Origin: a virus
Virus genome (UHGV): UHGV-1430915
Length of the DNA: 64,000 bases
Direction: 5' to 3' (one strand)
Under the pieces are notes generated by a model that was not told the origin of the DNA, did not search any database, and saw only the letters and a list, made by a program, of their open reading frames with translations. Position numbers and translations under genes: made by a program. Below, piece by piece: positions 55,191 through 63,717 of this stretch (within the stretch, counting starts at the first letter, position 1; each line of letters begins with the position of its first letter).

Positions 55191-55454
55191 TTATTTGTTG
55201 CTCATCCAGTTTTCCCAAGCTGCCTGATAATCTGCCTCACTACGGCGGATCTCTTCTTGCTCTTCAAGGCGGATCTCTTCTTCCAGGTACCCCAAGATGT
55301 CAGCCTTTTTAGTCTGGCGTAGCATCCAGTCATCTTTTTTGCGAGTGAAGATCTTATAAGCTTTCTCGCAAACCTCTTTTTTGCTACCTTTCTGGACTTC
55401 AAGAACACGATAAGCCATATATTGAACTAATTTGAGCTGATCAAGACGTTTCAT
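55191..55454 (-). CDS. hypothetical protein
   Basis: 87 aa; 5' leader has hairpin GGGCC-tttt-GGCCC then CACAAAGAGG. Confidence 0.5.
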   Translation of the reverse strand: MKRLDQLKLVQYMAYRVLEVQKGSKKEVCEKAYKIFTRKKDDWMLRQTKKADILGYLEEEIRLEEQEEIRRSEADYQAAWENWMSNK

Positions 55455-55514
55455 GATGTTTACCTCTTTGTGCGGTTCTGATTAGTGGGCCTTTTGGCCC
55501 GTGTCATTATCTTA

Positions 55515-55787
55515 TTACTTATGGCGGCAGAATTCAAGCGTTTTTAATTGATAATCTTCCTCAGCTTGGAGTACGACCGCCTCGATCATTTCGTTGGCAT
55601 TGTTAAAGCCATAACCTTTAGCGAACTCATCCGCGCCACCTTCGTGATCATGTTCTGCGTTCATCGCTTCCACAAAATGGAATTCCAAATTGTTGAGGTA
55701 GGGGCTTGATGTTCCGTCCTCTTTTTCGATGAGATCCCAAATAGCATTAAAACGTGATTCGACTTCTTGATTAATCCAGCTTGACAT
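55515..55787 (-). CDS. hypothetical acidic protein
   Basis: 90 aa; leader hairpin GGGCA-cttt-TGCCC. Confidence 0.5.
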   Translation of the reverse strand: MSSWINQEVESRFNAIWDLIEKEDGTSSPYLNNLEFHFVEAMNAEHDHEGGADEFAKGYGFNNANEMIEAVVLQAEEDYQLKTLEFCRHK

Positions 55788-55841
55788 AGTGTTTTCCTCT
55801 CTCCTGGTTGTTGTGTGGGCACTTTTGCCCCTTCAAGATAA

Positions 55842-55870
55842 ATGTTACCTCACCCCATGGCAGATGTCAA
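55842..55870 (-). promoter_or_regulatory. sigma70-like promoter
   Basis: minus strand TTGACA-17 nt-TAACAT. Confidence 0.5.
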
Positions 55871-56004
55871 CGGTTTTTATAGTTCTTATATGACAGGCAG
55901 GCCCGGTGATTGTCTCCCCCTGTTCCCAAGTGCCGCCCGTTTAATAAGAATAGCAAAAGGGGCCGAACAAGTCAACCCCAAAATCAGTACCAAAACACTT
56001 TTAT

Positions 56005-56316
56005 TTATACGGTCCGATCATTGGCCTTTGTCCAGGACCTGGCGATCCGTTTCCCGGTCACCTGGAACGGAGGCTGCATTGTGTGTAATGAGTCCAGAGT
56101 AAGGGAGGACCGTTTACGGCGTATCTTCAGGATCGCTAACGTATTGTCCATCTCACGGCCAGGTCCTGGGCGGTATGGTGTGCCTCCAGCGTTAAGGTTG
56201 ATGATCTCATGTATTGAGATCCGGCGTTGTTTTGCTTCCGCATCTTTGAAGATAGCCAGCGGAGGCGCTATGCGTTGCCGATACCAATCTAAAACGGTTG
56301 GCGTAATAGCGATCAT
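56005..56316 (-). CDS. hypothetical protein
   Basis: 103-aa ORF; ATGA overlap with upstream gene. Confidence 0.4.
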   Translation of the reverse strand: MIAITPTVLDWYRQRIAPPLAIFKDAEAKQRRISIHEIINLNAGGTPYRPGPGREMDNTLAILKIRRKRSSLTLDSLHTMQPPFQVTGKRIARSWTKANDRTV

Positions 56317-56504
56317 ATTTTACCCCCTATGTAGTCCGGTCGGTTTTTCTCTGTCATACGCTTAAGCAATTCTTGCATGTTGCTTATGGCTTGTAGTGTA
56401 TCCTCTTCAAGGGATGAATCAAGATAATCAGGATCATTCTTCACCTTGCAATGATTATGATAACGCAGCACCGCCAGTACTTTTTTAACTTCTTCCGCTG
56501 TCAT
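56313..56504 (-). CDS. hypothetical protein
   Basis: 63-aa ORF. Confidence 0.45.
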   Translation of the reverse strand: MTAEEVKKVLAVLRYHNHCKVKNDPDYLDSSLEEDTLQAISNMQELLKRMTEKNRPDYIGGKI

Positions 56505-56649
56505 TATCGCGCCTAAAACAATGAGTTAATATATAACACCAGATCGCTGACTACCAGGACAACATTAATCAGCACATACCTAACCATAAAGGGAAAGATC
56601 GCCAACATTGCCTCCACGATCCCCATGGTAATAATTATCTTTCTCATGG

Positions 56650-56934
56650 TTAACGGTTCACGTAAGTTTTCCCGTTTACGGTTATCGGCAGATCCTCCAG
56701 GTCTGGATCTTCTTTAAGGTCGTGAGCAAGTTCACCGCACCGAACGCCCTCGAATCCGTAGTACTCTGTCGTGCCATCCTGGAAAGTTTTAGCGGCAAGG
56801 CATAGGCGATAAGTAACACCGATTTGATTGACGGCATGGATATCAGTTAGATCTACCTCTTTTGCCAGCTCTTTGGCCATTACAGGCGCATTAAGTCCAA
56901 CAACCAGGGCAACCACTGCGATCATCTTTTTCAT
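56650..56934 (-). CDS. secreted or periplasmic protein
   Basis: N-terminal signal-peptide-like MKKMIAVVALVVGLNAPVMA. Confidence 0.55.
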   Translation of the reverse strand: MKKMIAVVALVVGLNAPVMAKELAKEVDLTDIHAVNQIGVTYRLCLAAKTFQDGTTEYYGFEGVRCGELAHDLKEDPDLEDLPITVNGKTYVNR

Positions 56935-57025
56935 TGTATCTATCCTCTTTCTGCTACGTTTAAGGCGGCGGCAACCGCCTGTTTATGCTTTGTTGGTTAA
57001 TTTTCGGGTATCGGTATAAATTAAA

Positions 57026-57241
57026 CTATACTGTACGCTCAACTATAACAACGGCTTGAGGGATCTCACCTTCCACCACTATCAAGGCTTTTTTCTGCGT
57101 AATGGATATCTTTACCCGCTTCAGCGTGGCGGTAAAGTCTTTCATTTCGTCGCGTGGTGTTTTAGTGCAATGCCAGATCTCAGGCTTACCTATTTGCAAG
57201 CCGCGTAAAAATTCTGTTTTGCCTGTTTTGTTAGTGATCAT
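57026..57241 (-). CDS. hypothetical protein
   Basis: 71-aa ORF. Confidence 0.45.
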   Translation of the reverse strand: MITNKTGKTEFLRGLQIGKPEIWHCTKTPRDEMKDFTATLKRVKISITQKKALIVVEGEIPQAVVIVERTV

Positions 57242-57250
57242 TTGCCAACC

Positions 57251-57355
57251 TCACCCGATACCGTTGGAAGACAAGATCACATTAGCCATGGTTGCAATCA
57301 GGCCAATACCTAGGGCAATAACCAGGATCACCGCATCAATTAATTTCTGTTTCAT
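57251..57355 (-). CDS. small membrane peptide (34 aa)
   Basis: not in ORF track; ATG after AGAGGAAAACAAA; MKQKLIDAVILVIALGIGLIATMANVILSSNGIG. Confidence 0.4.
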   Translation of the reverse strand: MKQKLIDAVILVIALGIGLIATMANVILSSNGIG

Positions 57356-57445
57356 TTTGTTTTCCTCTTCTTGTTCCAGGTGGCGGACCATTCCACCGCC
57401 TTATGTATTATGCTTTGTAAGATGGTTGTTTGTTTTCAAACTATT

Positions 57446-57625
57446 TTAACGATAATCATCGTACGCTTTATTAACCTGGCGAATATAACATTCAAAAGCC
57501 AGATCAATAGATTTATATTCACGGATATACTCACCATAGGAAACCACATACATTTCTATAGCTTCCTCATATGCGAGGAGAATAGAATCCAAGCCTACGA
57601 TCTCAGTCTTTGCAATAATAGCCAT
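57446..57625 (-). CDS. hypothetical protein (59 aa)
   Basis: not in ORF track (below 60 aa); leader CCACAAAGAGGATAAAAATC-ATG with upstream hairpin GGGGC-ttg-CCCC. Confidence 0.45.
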   Translation of the reverse strand: MAIIAKTEIVGLDSILLAYEEAIEMYVVSYGEYIREYKSIDLAFECYIRQVNKAYDDYR

Positions 57626-57696
57626 GATTTTTATCCTCTTTGTGGTTGGTGGGGCTTGCCCCTTTGATTTATATACTACAGTCTTATAGGGTCATG

Positions 57697-57930
57697 TCAA
57701 CTATTTTCAAAAAATTTTTCTGCTGTGATATTCTTCCCGGTCGGATTAGCTACTTTTAAAATTCTATCATGCACCGGACGCCCAAAAGAATAAGATCCGT
57801 ATACAGTAAACCAATAATCGCCGTCGGGCTGCACTATTACCGCTGCATAGGGTACGCCTTTTTCGTTATTGTTTACAAAATAGATCACATTGCCGTTAAT
57901 AGCCTCGGCGCGTTTAACTTGTTCAATCAT
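57697..57930 (-). CDS. hypothetical protein
   Basis: 77 aa; leader hairpin GGGGCC-ttttc-GGCCCC. Confidence 0.5.
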   Translation of the reverse strand: MIEQVKRAEAINGNVIYFVNNNEKGVPYAAVIVQPDGDYWFTVYGSYSFGRPVHDRILKVANPTGKNITAEKFFENS

Positions 57931-57993
57931 GATGATTTACCCCTCTTTATTTTTTTCATAATTTCAGGAGGGGCCTTTTCGGCCCCGCCAGGT

Positions 57994-58278
57994 TTATTTA
58001 TTGATGGCGTGCAACGGGAAAGGTACGCCAGGTTGATAAATAACTTTTACAACCTCATCAGGGCAAAAGAAATTGCAGAATTCTCCCCGGTAAGCTTCAT
58101 CTTCTTTTAATTCTTCGTCAACATACTCAAAAAAGTAGTCGATGCTTGGATAATCCTGGCCGGGATTATAGTCGACCATCGTTAATAGTAACTCTTGATC
58201 ATTCCGTAGGATATGCATACCCGCTTTTAAGTATTTTGCTTCCATTTCTACTACATCGCCAACGGTAACAATAGCCAT
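57994..58278 (-). CDS. hypothetical acidic protein
   Basis: 94 aa; leader hairpin GGGGGC-cg-CCCCC. Confidence 0.5.
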   Translation of the reverse strand: MAIVTVGDVVEMEAKYLKAGMHILRNDQELLLTMVDYNPGQDYPSIDYFFEYVDEELKEDEAYRGEFCNFFCPDEVVKVIYQPGVPFPLHAINK

Positions 58279-58505
58279 GGTTTTAACTCCTATCTATCCG
58301 GTTAATGATTGGGGGCCGCCCCCCTGATACGTCCTATTATCCATATTGTAGGGCTTGATGCAAGTACTTCTTTAAATTTTTTTTTTAAGCGCCTTGGGGG
58401 CCGCTGTAACGCTAAAATAATAAAGGCCATGCAACCGCATAGCCTTTATGTGATTATATCGCTTCAGGCCCTGCTAGGGGCCTTATTTTGCATCATTTGC
58501 CGGAA

Positions 58506-58805
58506 TTATTCAGAGAAAACATCGTTCACAATAGCGATCACAATGCCGCCCACCTTGTCACGGTCAACAATGCACAAATCACCATAGATCATGTGGTAGT
58601 CTGGATGATCTTTCACGGAATAGTCAATGAGCGTTTTCTTGTCGTCCAGCTTTGTAACTTCCATTCTCATAACGATACGAGAATCATCAAAGGCATTATT
58701 CCGAAAAGTCATAGCCTGACCACCAGGGCACCCAGTGATCTCCACTTCCACGCCGTCTACGATCTGACCATCAAAGAAATAAAGATTATTGGCGGGTATA
58801 AACAT
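58506..58805 (-). CDS. hypothetical protein
   Basis: start moved to ATG 58805 (MFIPANN...) because AAAGGAG RBS lies inside track N-terminus. Confidence 0.5.
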   Translation of the reverse strand: MFIPANNLYFFDGQIVDGVEVEITGCPGGQAMTFRNNAFDDSRIVMRMEVTKLDDKKTLIDYSVKDHPDYHMIYGDLCIVDRDKVGGIVIAIVNDVFSE

Positions 58806-58850
58806 GATCATTGCTCCTTTTTGCACTGATTATTTTAACAGGGTTTAAAT

Positions 58851-58894
58851 TTACTTTATTGATGGCCCTGGAGTCAAGGCCATCTAAAAATAAA
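58851..58894. repeat. 44-bp intergenic repeat, copy 1
   Basis: ttactttattGATGGCCctggagtcaaGGCCATCtaaaaataaa; 7-bp inverted repeat; TTGACT on minus strand in loop. Confidence 0.85.
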
Positions 58895-58896
58895 TT

Positions 58897-59097
58897 TTAC
58901 AGATCTACAATCTCTTTAATTCGTTTTACTGCTGCCTCAGCGCCTTGAGGGTAGAAATTATGATAACCAATCACGCGGGTAATACTGATCGCCGCTTGGT
59001 GGTCCTCGTAGTCGCCTTTGAATATTTCTTGACCATCAACCAGCACAGCAATTTTTTCTTCTTTTTTGAAGTTAATAACGCGGATATTGTTGCTCAT
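58897..59097 (-). CDS. hypothetical protein
   Basis: 66 aa; leader hairpin GGGGAG-tgt-CTCCCC. Confidence 0.5.
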   Translation of the reverse strand: MSNNIRVINFKKEEKIAVLVDGQEIFKGDYEDHQAAISITRVIGYHNFYPQGAEAAVKRIKEIVDL

Positions 59098-59242
59098 TTT
59101 GTTTCTCCTTTTGGAACTTTGTCTGTGTGGTGGGGAGTGTCTCCCCGTTGATTGTTATTATCCATATTCTGGACCGGATTGCAACATTCAGGAAGAAAAA
59201 TTTTTTGAAAAAAGTTAGGCCCCCAGGGATCGGGGGCCGTTA

Positions 59243-59362
59243 TCAGTTGCTTACAGCGATAAAATACATCCCTACGCCTAACAATATTTCAAGGGCGATG
59301 ATCTCCAGCCATACCATAACACGGCGCGCCTTATCGGTGCGGGGCTTATCCTTGGGTGTCAT
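59243..59362 (-). CDS. small membrane peptide (39 aa)
   Basis: not in ORF track; ATG after AGGAGG; C-terminal hydrophobic segment; partly overlaps another small TM ORF (59346..59471). Confidence 0.35.
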   Translation of the reverse strand: MTPKDKPRTDKARRVMVWLEIIALEILLGVGMYFIAVSN

Positions 59363-59581
59363 CGTCTCCCTCTTTCCTCCTGTTAGTAGTGACGTGGTTT
59401 ACAATGGTCCCCAGGAGTACTATCGCCACGCACATTACGAGAAAAATTATTTCTTCCGTTGTTCGGTCCATTGTTATAAAACCTCTCAAGATCAGGCCTA
59501 AAAGTAAATCTTTCGTTATTGAATCCGTCACGCCAGGCGGCTGGCTTCAAATCTTCACTAAATGGATTAATTAACGTGGCA

Positions 59582-59953
59582 TTATTTAAACGGTTGGCCC
59601 ACATATTTTCTATTCCTCTCAAATAGGCGATCCGCCTCAGTTAAACATATCTCATGGGCGTGATCTCTGGTTTTAGCTTCATCAAAAACCTGTTGTGCAA
59701 GGCTGCAACGTAGGGAGACTGGAAGATCACTATAATAGGCGTTGACAAACGTTTGAGCGTCGTACAGGTCTGAAAATACTTTACCCTTTCTATTATTCCC
59801 CTTGTCAACAATTGCAAGGATAACCAATACAATAGTTGCAACCACCCCCAGGAAAATAGATATAATAAACCATAAAAAGGCGGATCTTCCCATCTTGCCA
59901 GCGATCCAGGCGTTAAACAAGGCAACCAATATAGCCAAAATAATAAATTCCAT
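59582..59953 (-). CDS. membrane protein with two TM helices
   Basis: MEFIILAILVALFNAWIA and FLWFIISIFLGVVATIVLVILAIV then soluble C-terminal domain. Confidence 0.55.
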   Translation of the reverse strand: MEFIILAILVALFNAWIAGKMGRSAFLWFIISIFLGVVATIVLVILAIVDKGNNRKGKVFSDLYDAQTFVNAYYSDLPVSLRCSLAQQVFDEAKTRDHAHEICLTEADRLFERNRKYVGQPFK

Positions 59954-60019
59954 TCTATGTACCCTCTTACAATTCTGCGTAGCAATAAGGCGGCAAATAT
60001 GCCGCCGCCTGTTACCTGA

Positions 60020-60400
60020 TTAAAAATTATCGCCGTAAATCTTTCCGCTTTCTACCCATACCACCACGCGAGGCATACTATCCCACACGTCTTGTTTTAG
60101 ATTGAGCGCGTGCAATTCTTCGGTGGTGCTCATACCGGGCACGGGCTGATTGTATACTGCAAAACGACCACCCGCATAATCATAGGCCAGGGTTAAATCA
60201 CACTGGATCATCTTTTTGATCATGGCATTAAGCATGGCGTTAGCCGCATATTGATCACGTTTTAAAGGCAACTCTTTGATTAGTTTGCGATAGTTTTCGA
60301 TATGGTCGCACACTGTTTCACGAGGAAGATCTTTCATATCTTCACGGAATGTAACCAGGTTAAACATAACGGTGTCAATAGCCTTGGTAGTGTTTTTCAT
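60020..60400 (-). CDS. hypothetical protein
   Basis: start set at ATG 60400 after CAAAGAGGAAAACATC; leader hairpin 60422-60441. Confidence 0.5.
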   Translation of the reverse strand: MKNTTKAIDTVMFNLVTFREDMKDLPRETVCDHIENYRKLIKELPLKRDQYAANAMLNAMIKKMIQCDLTLAYDYAGGRFAVYNQPVPGMSTTEELHALNLKQDVWDSMPRVVVWVESGKIYGDNF

Positions 60401-60489
60401 GATGTTTTCCTCTTTGTTTTGTGTGGGGCAAGTCATCTCGCCCCTTGAGTTTTAATATAGCAGGTTTTTAGATTATTGCAACACTTTAT

Positions 60490-61113
60490 TTATGAAAAAC
60501 TCATCTCCCCATATTCATCCACATCAAACCGCCAATCATTGGCTTCAATAAGGCCGATCAGGTTTTCGGTAGTAAACTGTTCAAGATAGGCCCCCTCCAG
60601 GTCTACGTAAACCTTGCGGGATAGCTCCCGTACCGTCTCGGTGATCAGCTCTTCCAGCTCTTCAACTTTATCCTCTTGCTTGGTGGTCAGGTCTAGCCAA
60701 TTAGTATCGATGCACCCTCCTATTGTGTTTTCGTGGTGATAATGGCTAAACGGGATACGTTCAACACTAGCTGATAACTCGCCATCGTGCATTGTGCCGA
60801 ACAAGTGACGAATTGATCGGAACTTGGTCAGGGCCTTGACTTTACGCAAGAATTTTTCTAAATCCACGTTTTCAGCACTGATTGACGCGCCATCGCCTTG
60901 ACACCAAAAGCCGGACCAACGTACTTCGGTATCTTCAAGGCCGTACTCTGGAAAGACATATTCTTTATAGTGTTCAATTACGCTTTCTGCAAAAAAATTA
61001 TCCCCGCTGTGTTCTTCTCTTTCGCGTACCATTTCAATGGCTTTTTCTTTTTGTTCGTCGGTCAGCACGTCGAAAGATAAATTGTAACCTGTGGTAATGT
61101 TAACGGTGGTCAT
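60490..61113 (-). CDS. hypothetical acidic protein
   Basis: 207 aa; own promoter and leader hairpin. Confidence 0.55.
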   Translation of the reverse strand: MTTVNITTGYNLSFDVLTDEQKEKAIEMVREREEHSGDNFFAESVIEHYKEYVFPEYGLEDTEVRWSGFWCQGDGASISAENVDLEKFLRKVKALTKFRSIRHLFGTMHDGELSASVERIPFSHYHHENTIGGCIDTNWLDLTTKQEDKVEELEELITETVRELSRKVYVDLEGAYLEQFTTENLIGLIEANDWRFDVDEYGEMSFS

Positions 61114-61130
61114 GATATTTTCTCCTGTTT

Positions 61131-61149
61131 TCTTTGTTAGTGGCGGGAA
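61131..61149 (-). promoter_or_regulatory. conserved 5'-leader hairpin GGCGGGAA-N4-TTCCCGCC
   Basis: perfect 7-8 bp stem just downstream of predicted transcription start; near-identical copy at 63661-63679, partial copy at 62983-62995. Confidence 0.5.
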
Positions 61150-61159
61150 GTTTTCCCGC

Positions 61160-61187
61160 CTGTGTGTTTAATTATACTTATTGAGAT
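61160..61187 (-). promoter_or_regulatory. sigma70-like promoter
   Basis: minus strand TTGACA-16 nt-TATAAT. Confidence 0.65.
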
Positions 61188-61448
61188 TTACTTGTCAACA
61201 CTATTTTTTAAATTATTGTGGCGCAAAATGTTTAAAATCTCTTCAACGTCATCAACACGGCGGCAATTTTTAAACGCTACCAATTGCCCCATGATTTTAA
61301 TCACTGGGCGGCCTTGCCAGTGCCCTTGGAGAAAGCGCGCCTTGACTTTATCGGTGGAACTATCACGCCACCAAATAGCCTTGTTGTTGCAGTAGTAAAA
61401 ATTATTCAGGATAACATCAACTTTATCAAAATTTTTTAATTTACGCAT
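61188..61448 (-). CDS. hypothetical protein
   Basis: 86-aa ORF with promoter at 61481-61509. Confidence 0.5.
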   Translation of the reverse strand: MRKLKNFDKVDVILNNFYYCNNKAIWWRDSSTDKVKARFLQGHWQGRPVIKIMGQLVAFKNCRRVDDVEEILNILRHNNLKNSVDK

Positions 61449-61480
61449 GGCGTTTACTCCTTCCTCTCTTTGATGTGGTT

Positions 61481-61509
61481 AGTATAGCTAACCTGTTGAC
61501 GATGTCAAT
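61481..61509 (-). promoter_or_regulatory. sigma70-like promoter
   Basis: minus strand TTGACA-17 nt-TATACT. Confidence 0.6.
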
Positions 61510-61666
61510 GATATTTTTAACGCCATAAAACGGCCCTGGGCGATGTTTTCAGGTTAAAGGGGGCGATTGCATAGGCGGGGGCCTTTTTGGCGCTTACAGG
61601 GCCAACCAGGGGCGCTATTCGTAGGATAGAAATAAAAAGCCCCGCACAATGGCGGGGCGTTGGTTG

Positions 61667-61864
61667 TTATTTGTCTTTATGGCGGTATCGTTCTGCCTGT
61701 CGTTCACGTTCCAAAAGTAGGCCGGGCAATTTACGATCATAATGATTACGCCAGATCTTCCCAAACCTTTTTGGCTTATTCAGTTTATTGTTACGCTGGC
61801 GGCGTTCTGGCAGCTCTTCGGAATCATGAGGGCGCTTTACAATTTTCTCGAAATTAATTTTCAT
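61667..61864 (-). CDS. small highly basic protein
   Basis: start set at ATG 61864 after GGGGG; Arg/Lys-rich. Confidence 0.5.
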   Translation of the reverse strand: MKINFEKIVKRPHDSEELPERRQRNNKLNKPKRFGKIWRNHYDRKLPGLLLERERQAERYRHKDK

Positions 61865-62207
61865 ATATTCCCCCTTTGCTAACTTCAATATTGGCCTGAA
61901 TAGCCCGGATACGGCGCTTTATAACTTCCTGATCTGTGTGGTCGTATCCCCAAAAGTCTACAATTTTTGCGCCACCCGCCTCCAGGCGGTATAGTGTTTC
62001 CTGCATTTTGTAAGCCGGGATCGGTCGCGGTGTTACTTGGTCACCTTCTTTATTTTTATACTTTATAATATAATCTTCGTTATCGTTGAATGCCCAAAAT
62101 GGATATTCTGCAAGGGCGGTACTTCCTCTTTCCTTTTTATCCTGGATCTTATTTACAATTAAAGCCGTAGCAATAGCGCCAATAATAAAACTAGCCCCGC
62201 TAATCAT
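61854..62207 (-). CDS. membrane-anchored protein
   Basis: N-terminal TM segment ISGASFIIGAIATALIV. Confidence 0.5.
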   Translation of the reverse strand: MISGASFIIGAIATALIVNKIQDKKERGSTALAEYPFWAFNDNEDYIIKYKNKEGDQVTPRPIPAYKMQETLYRLEAGGAKIVDFWGYDHTDQEVIKRRIRAIQANIEVSKGGIYEN

Positions 62208-62283
62208 GTGTACTTTCTCCTTTCATGGTGTTAATAAATTATCTTTATAGATGGCCCTGCAACCAGGACCACCGAAAAAATAA

Positions 62284-62529
62284 CTATTTCACAATGCCTA
62301 CAAAACAGATCCCACCTTCACCTATGTAAGCAATATCGGTAACTTTATAATTTGTCAAGATCTGTTTATTTAGTTCATTAATAAAATCGGTCATTGCGTT
62401 GGTGTAGTTGTCTTCCATATCTAAGGCATAATCCCAGGCGTAAACCTTTTTACGTCCGAAGCCTTTTACCATGATACGGGCGCTTTTGGTGTTGGTGGGC
62501 GCATAATATTTGGTGATTAGTGCTGCCAT
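62284..62529 (-). CDS. hypothetical protein
   Basis: 81-aa ORF downstream of repeat copy 2, GAGGAG RBS. Confidence 0.5.
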   Translation of the reverse strand: MAALITKYYAPTNTKSARIMVKGFGRKKVYAWDYALDMEDNYTNAMTDFINELNKQILTNYKVTDIAYIGEGGICFVGIVK

Positions 62530-62570
62530 GGTTTTAACTCCTCATTAGTTCAGTGTTAACAGTGTAAAGT

Positions 62571-62614
62571 TTACTTTATTGATGGCCCTGGAGTCAAGGC
62601 CATCTAAAAATAAA
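62571..62614. repeat. 44-bp intergenic repeat, copy 2
   Basis: identical to 58851-58894. Confidence 0.85.
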
Positions 62615-62615
62615 T

Positions 62616-62957
62616 TTACTCGTTTTCTTCCAGCTCTGAAAGCTCTTCTTTCACTTCTTCGAGCTCTGTCTGCAATTCTTGGTACTCTTCATCGTCCTCA
62701 ATATCCAGGCTGTCGATGTAGTCGCTAAATCCGCAGCGGTAAGCGATAGGATCTAGCTCCTTGAGGATACGCGACGGAAGAAAAGAAATGTTTCCGATCA
62801 TAATTTCGCCGTAGATCTCGTCTAACCATTCATCATAGTTTTCGTCGTACTTGTCCTCGTCGATTTCAAAGTTATCGATCTTGTTCTCAAGGTCTGCGAT
62901 CTGTTTTTTCAGCGCGGCGATCTGCATAGCTTTTTCTGCGGCGGTCATAGTAGTCAT
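62616..62957 (-). CDS. highly acidic coiled-coil protein (candidate DNA mimic)
   Basis: 113 aa, very Asp/Glu-rich C-terminal half. Confidence 0.55.
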   Translation of the reverse strand: MTTMTAAEKAMQIAALKKQIADLENKIDNFEIDEDKYDENYDEWLDEIYGEIMIGNISFLPSRILKELDPIAYRCGFSDYIDSLDIEDDEEYQELQTELEEVKEELSELEENE

Positions 62958-63008
62958 GGTGTTTTCTCCTTTTGTGTGTTCTGGGAAGTTTTCCCGTTTA
63001 CGTGTTTA

Positions 63009-63036
63009 AGTATACCGATTTGGGTTAGCTTGTCAA
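63009..63036 (-). promoter_or_regulatory. sigma70-like promoter
   Basis: minus strand TTGACA-16 nt-TATACT; followed by leader hairpin 62983-62995. Confidence 0.6.
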
Positions 63037-63191
63037 TTAAAAATTTAAGAAAAATTTTGCAAAACTGTTGGCGCTACTCATTAACATTTGCGCCAGGATG
63101 TAACCGACAACGCAAACGATAATAGTTACCTTTGTGTATTGGCGTGTAGTGCTCATCTTAAAGCCCCCTTTTTCGCTTAACTGAGATTAGT

Positions 63192-63235
63192 TTACTTTAT
63201 TGATGGCCCTGGAGTCAAGGCCATCTAAAAATAAA
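63192..63235. repeat. 44-bp intergenic repeat, copy 3
   Basis: identical core to 58851-58894. Confidence 0.85.
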
Positions 63236-63236
63236 C

Positions 63237-63641
63237 TTAGTAAGTTTTCAGTACTTTCCCGTCCAACCTGTCAAGCTGGATCTCGATAGCTGCAGAAAAC
63301 CTATTGTACACCACGTCGCCCATGGAATCCAACCAGTCTATGACGTTATACACTTGCTCTTTGTTCTTGCAGGTCCGGATCCGTTTCATGATGTAAGCCG
63401 GATCAATATTGGTGCTCTCGTTGGTGCTCCCCTGTACCTGGTTTGCCGTATTAGTCACATCTTTAATGGCCTTTACCACCACCTGGAAGGGCTTTAAGGT
63501 GCCTTTTGCGTTCATCTCACGCGCTTTTGCGGCGCGGTTGTTATAGGTTACACAACGGCGGCAAATGTTCACCAAATGCATGTCAATAATTTTTTCATCG
63601 TTTGCCAGTTCGTTCATGATGCGGCGTACGTTCTTATTCAT
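63237..63641 (-). CDS. hypothetical protein
   Basis: 134-aa ORF with promoter and leader hairpin. Confidence 0.55.
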   Translation of the reverse strand: MNKNVRRIMNELANDEKIIDMHLVNICRRCVTYNNRAAKAREMNAKGTLKPFQVVVKAIKDVTNTANQVQGSTNESTNIDPAYIMKRIRTCKNKEQVYNVIDWLDSMGDVVYNRFSAAIEIQLDRLDGKVLKTY

Positions 63642-63660
63642 GATCTTTTTCCTTTGTGTT

Positions 63661-63679
63661 GGCGGGAAACATTCCCGCC
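63661..63679 (-). promoter_or_regulatory. conserved 5'-leader hairpin GGCGGGAA-N4-TTCCCGCC
   Basis: second copy of the hairpin at 61131-61149. Confidence 0.5.
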
Positions 63680-63689
63680 TTTTGTGACT

Positions 63690-63717
63690 AGTTTACTTGA
63701 ATTTTGCAGCGTGTCAA
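63690..63717 (-). promoter_or_regulatory. sigma70-like promoter (weaker -10)
   Basis: minus strand TTGACA-16 nt-TAAACT. Confidence 0.45.

Noticed and set aside
58851-58894. Reading the 44-bp repeat as a rho-independent terminator
   Set aside because: The 7-bp stem is not followed by a U-tract on either strand, so it does not fit an intrinsic terminator. Reported as a repeat or recognition element instead.
59383-59622. ORF 59383..59622 (-), 79 aa
   Set aside because: Asn/Arg/Gly-rich low-complexity translation that overlaps better-supported small membrane ORFs. Likely spurious.
52130-63235. Possible CRISPR array (tandem tgtttacgc iterons; three identical 44-bp repeats)
   Set aside because: The iterons are short with irregular spacers, and the 44-bp repeats are 0.6-3.7 kb apart with genes between them. 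No regular repeat-spacer pattern and no cas genes.
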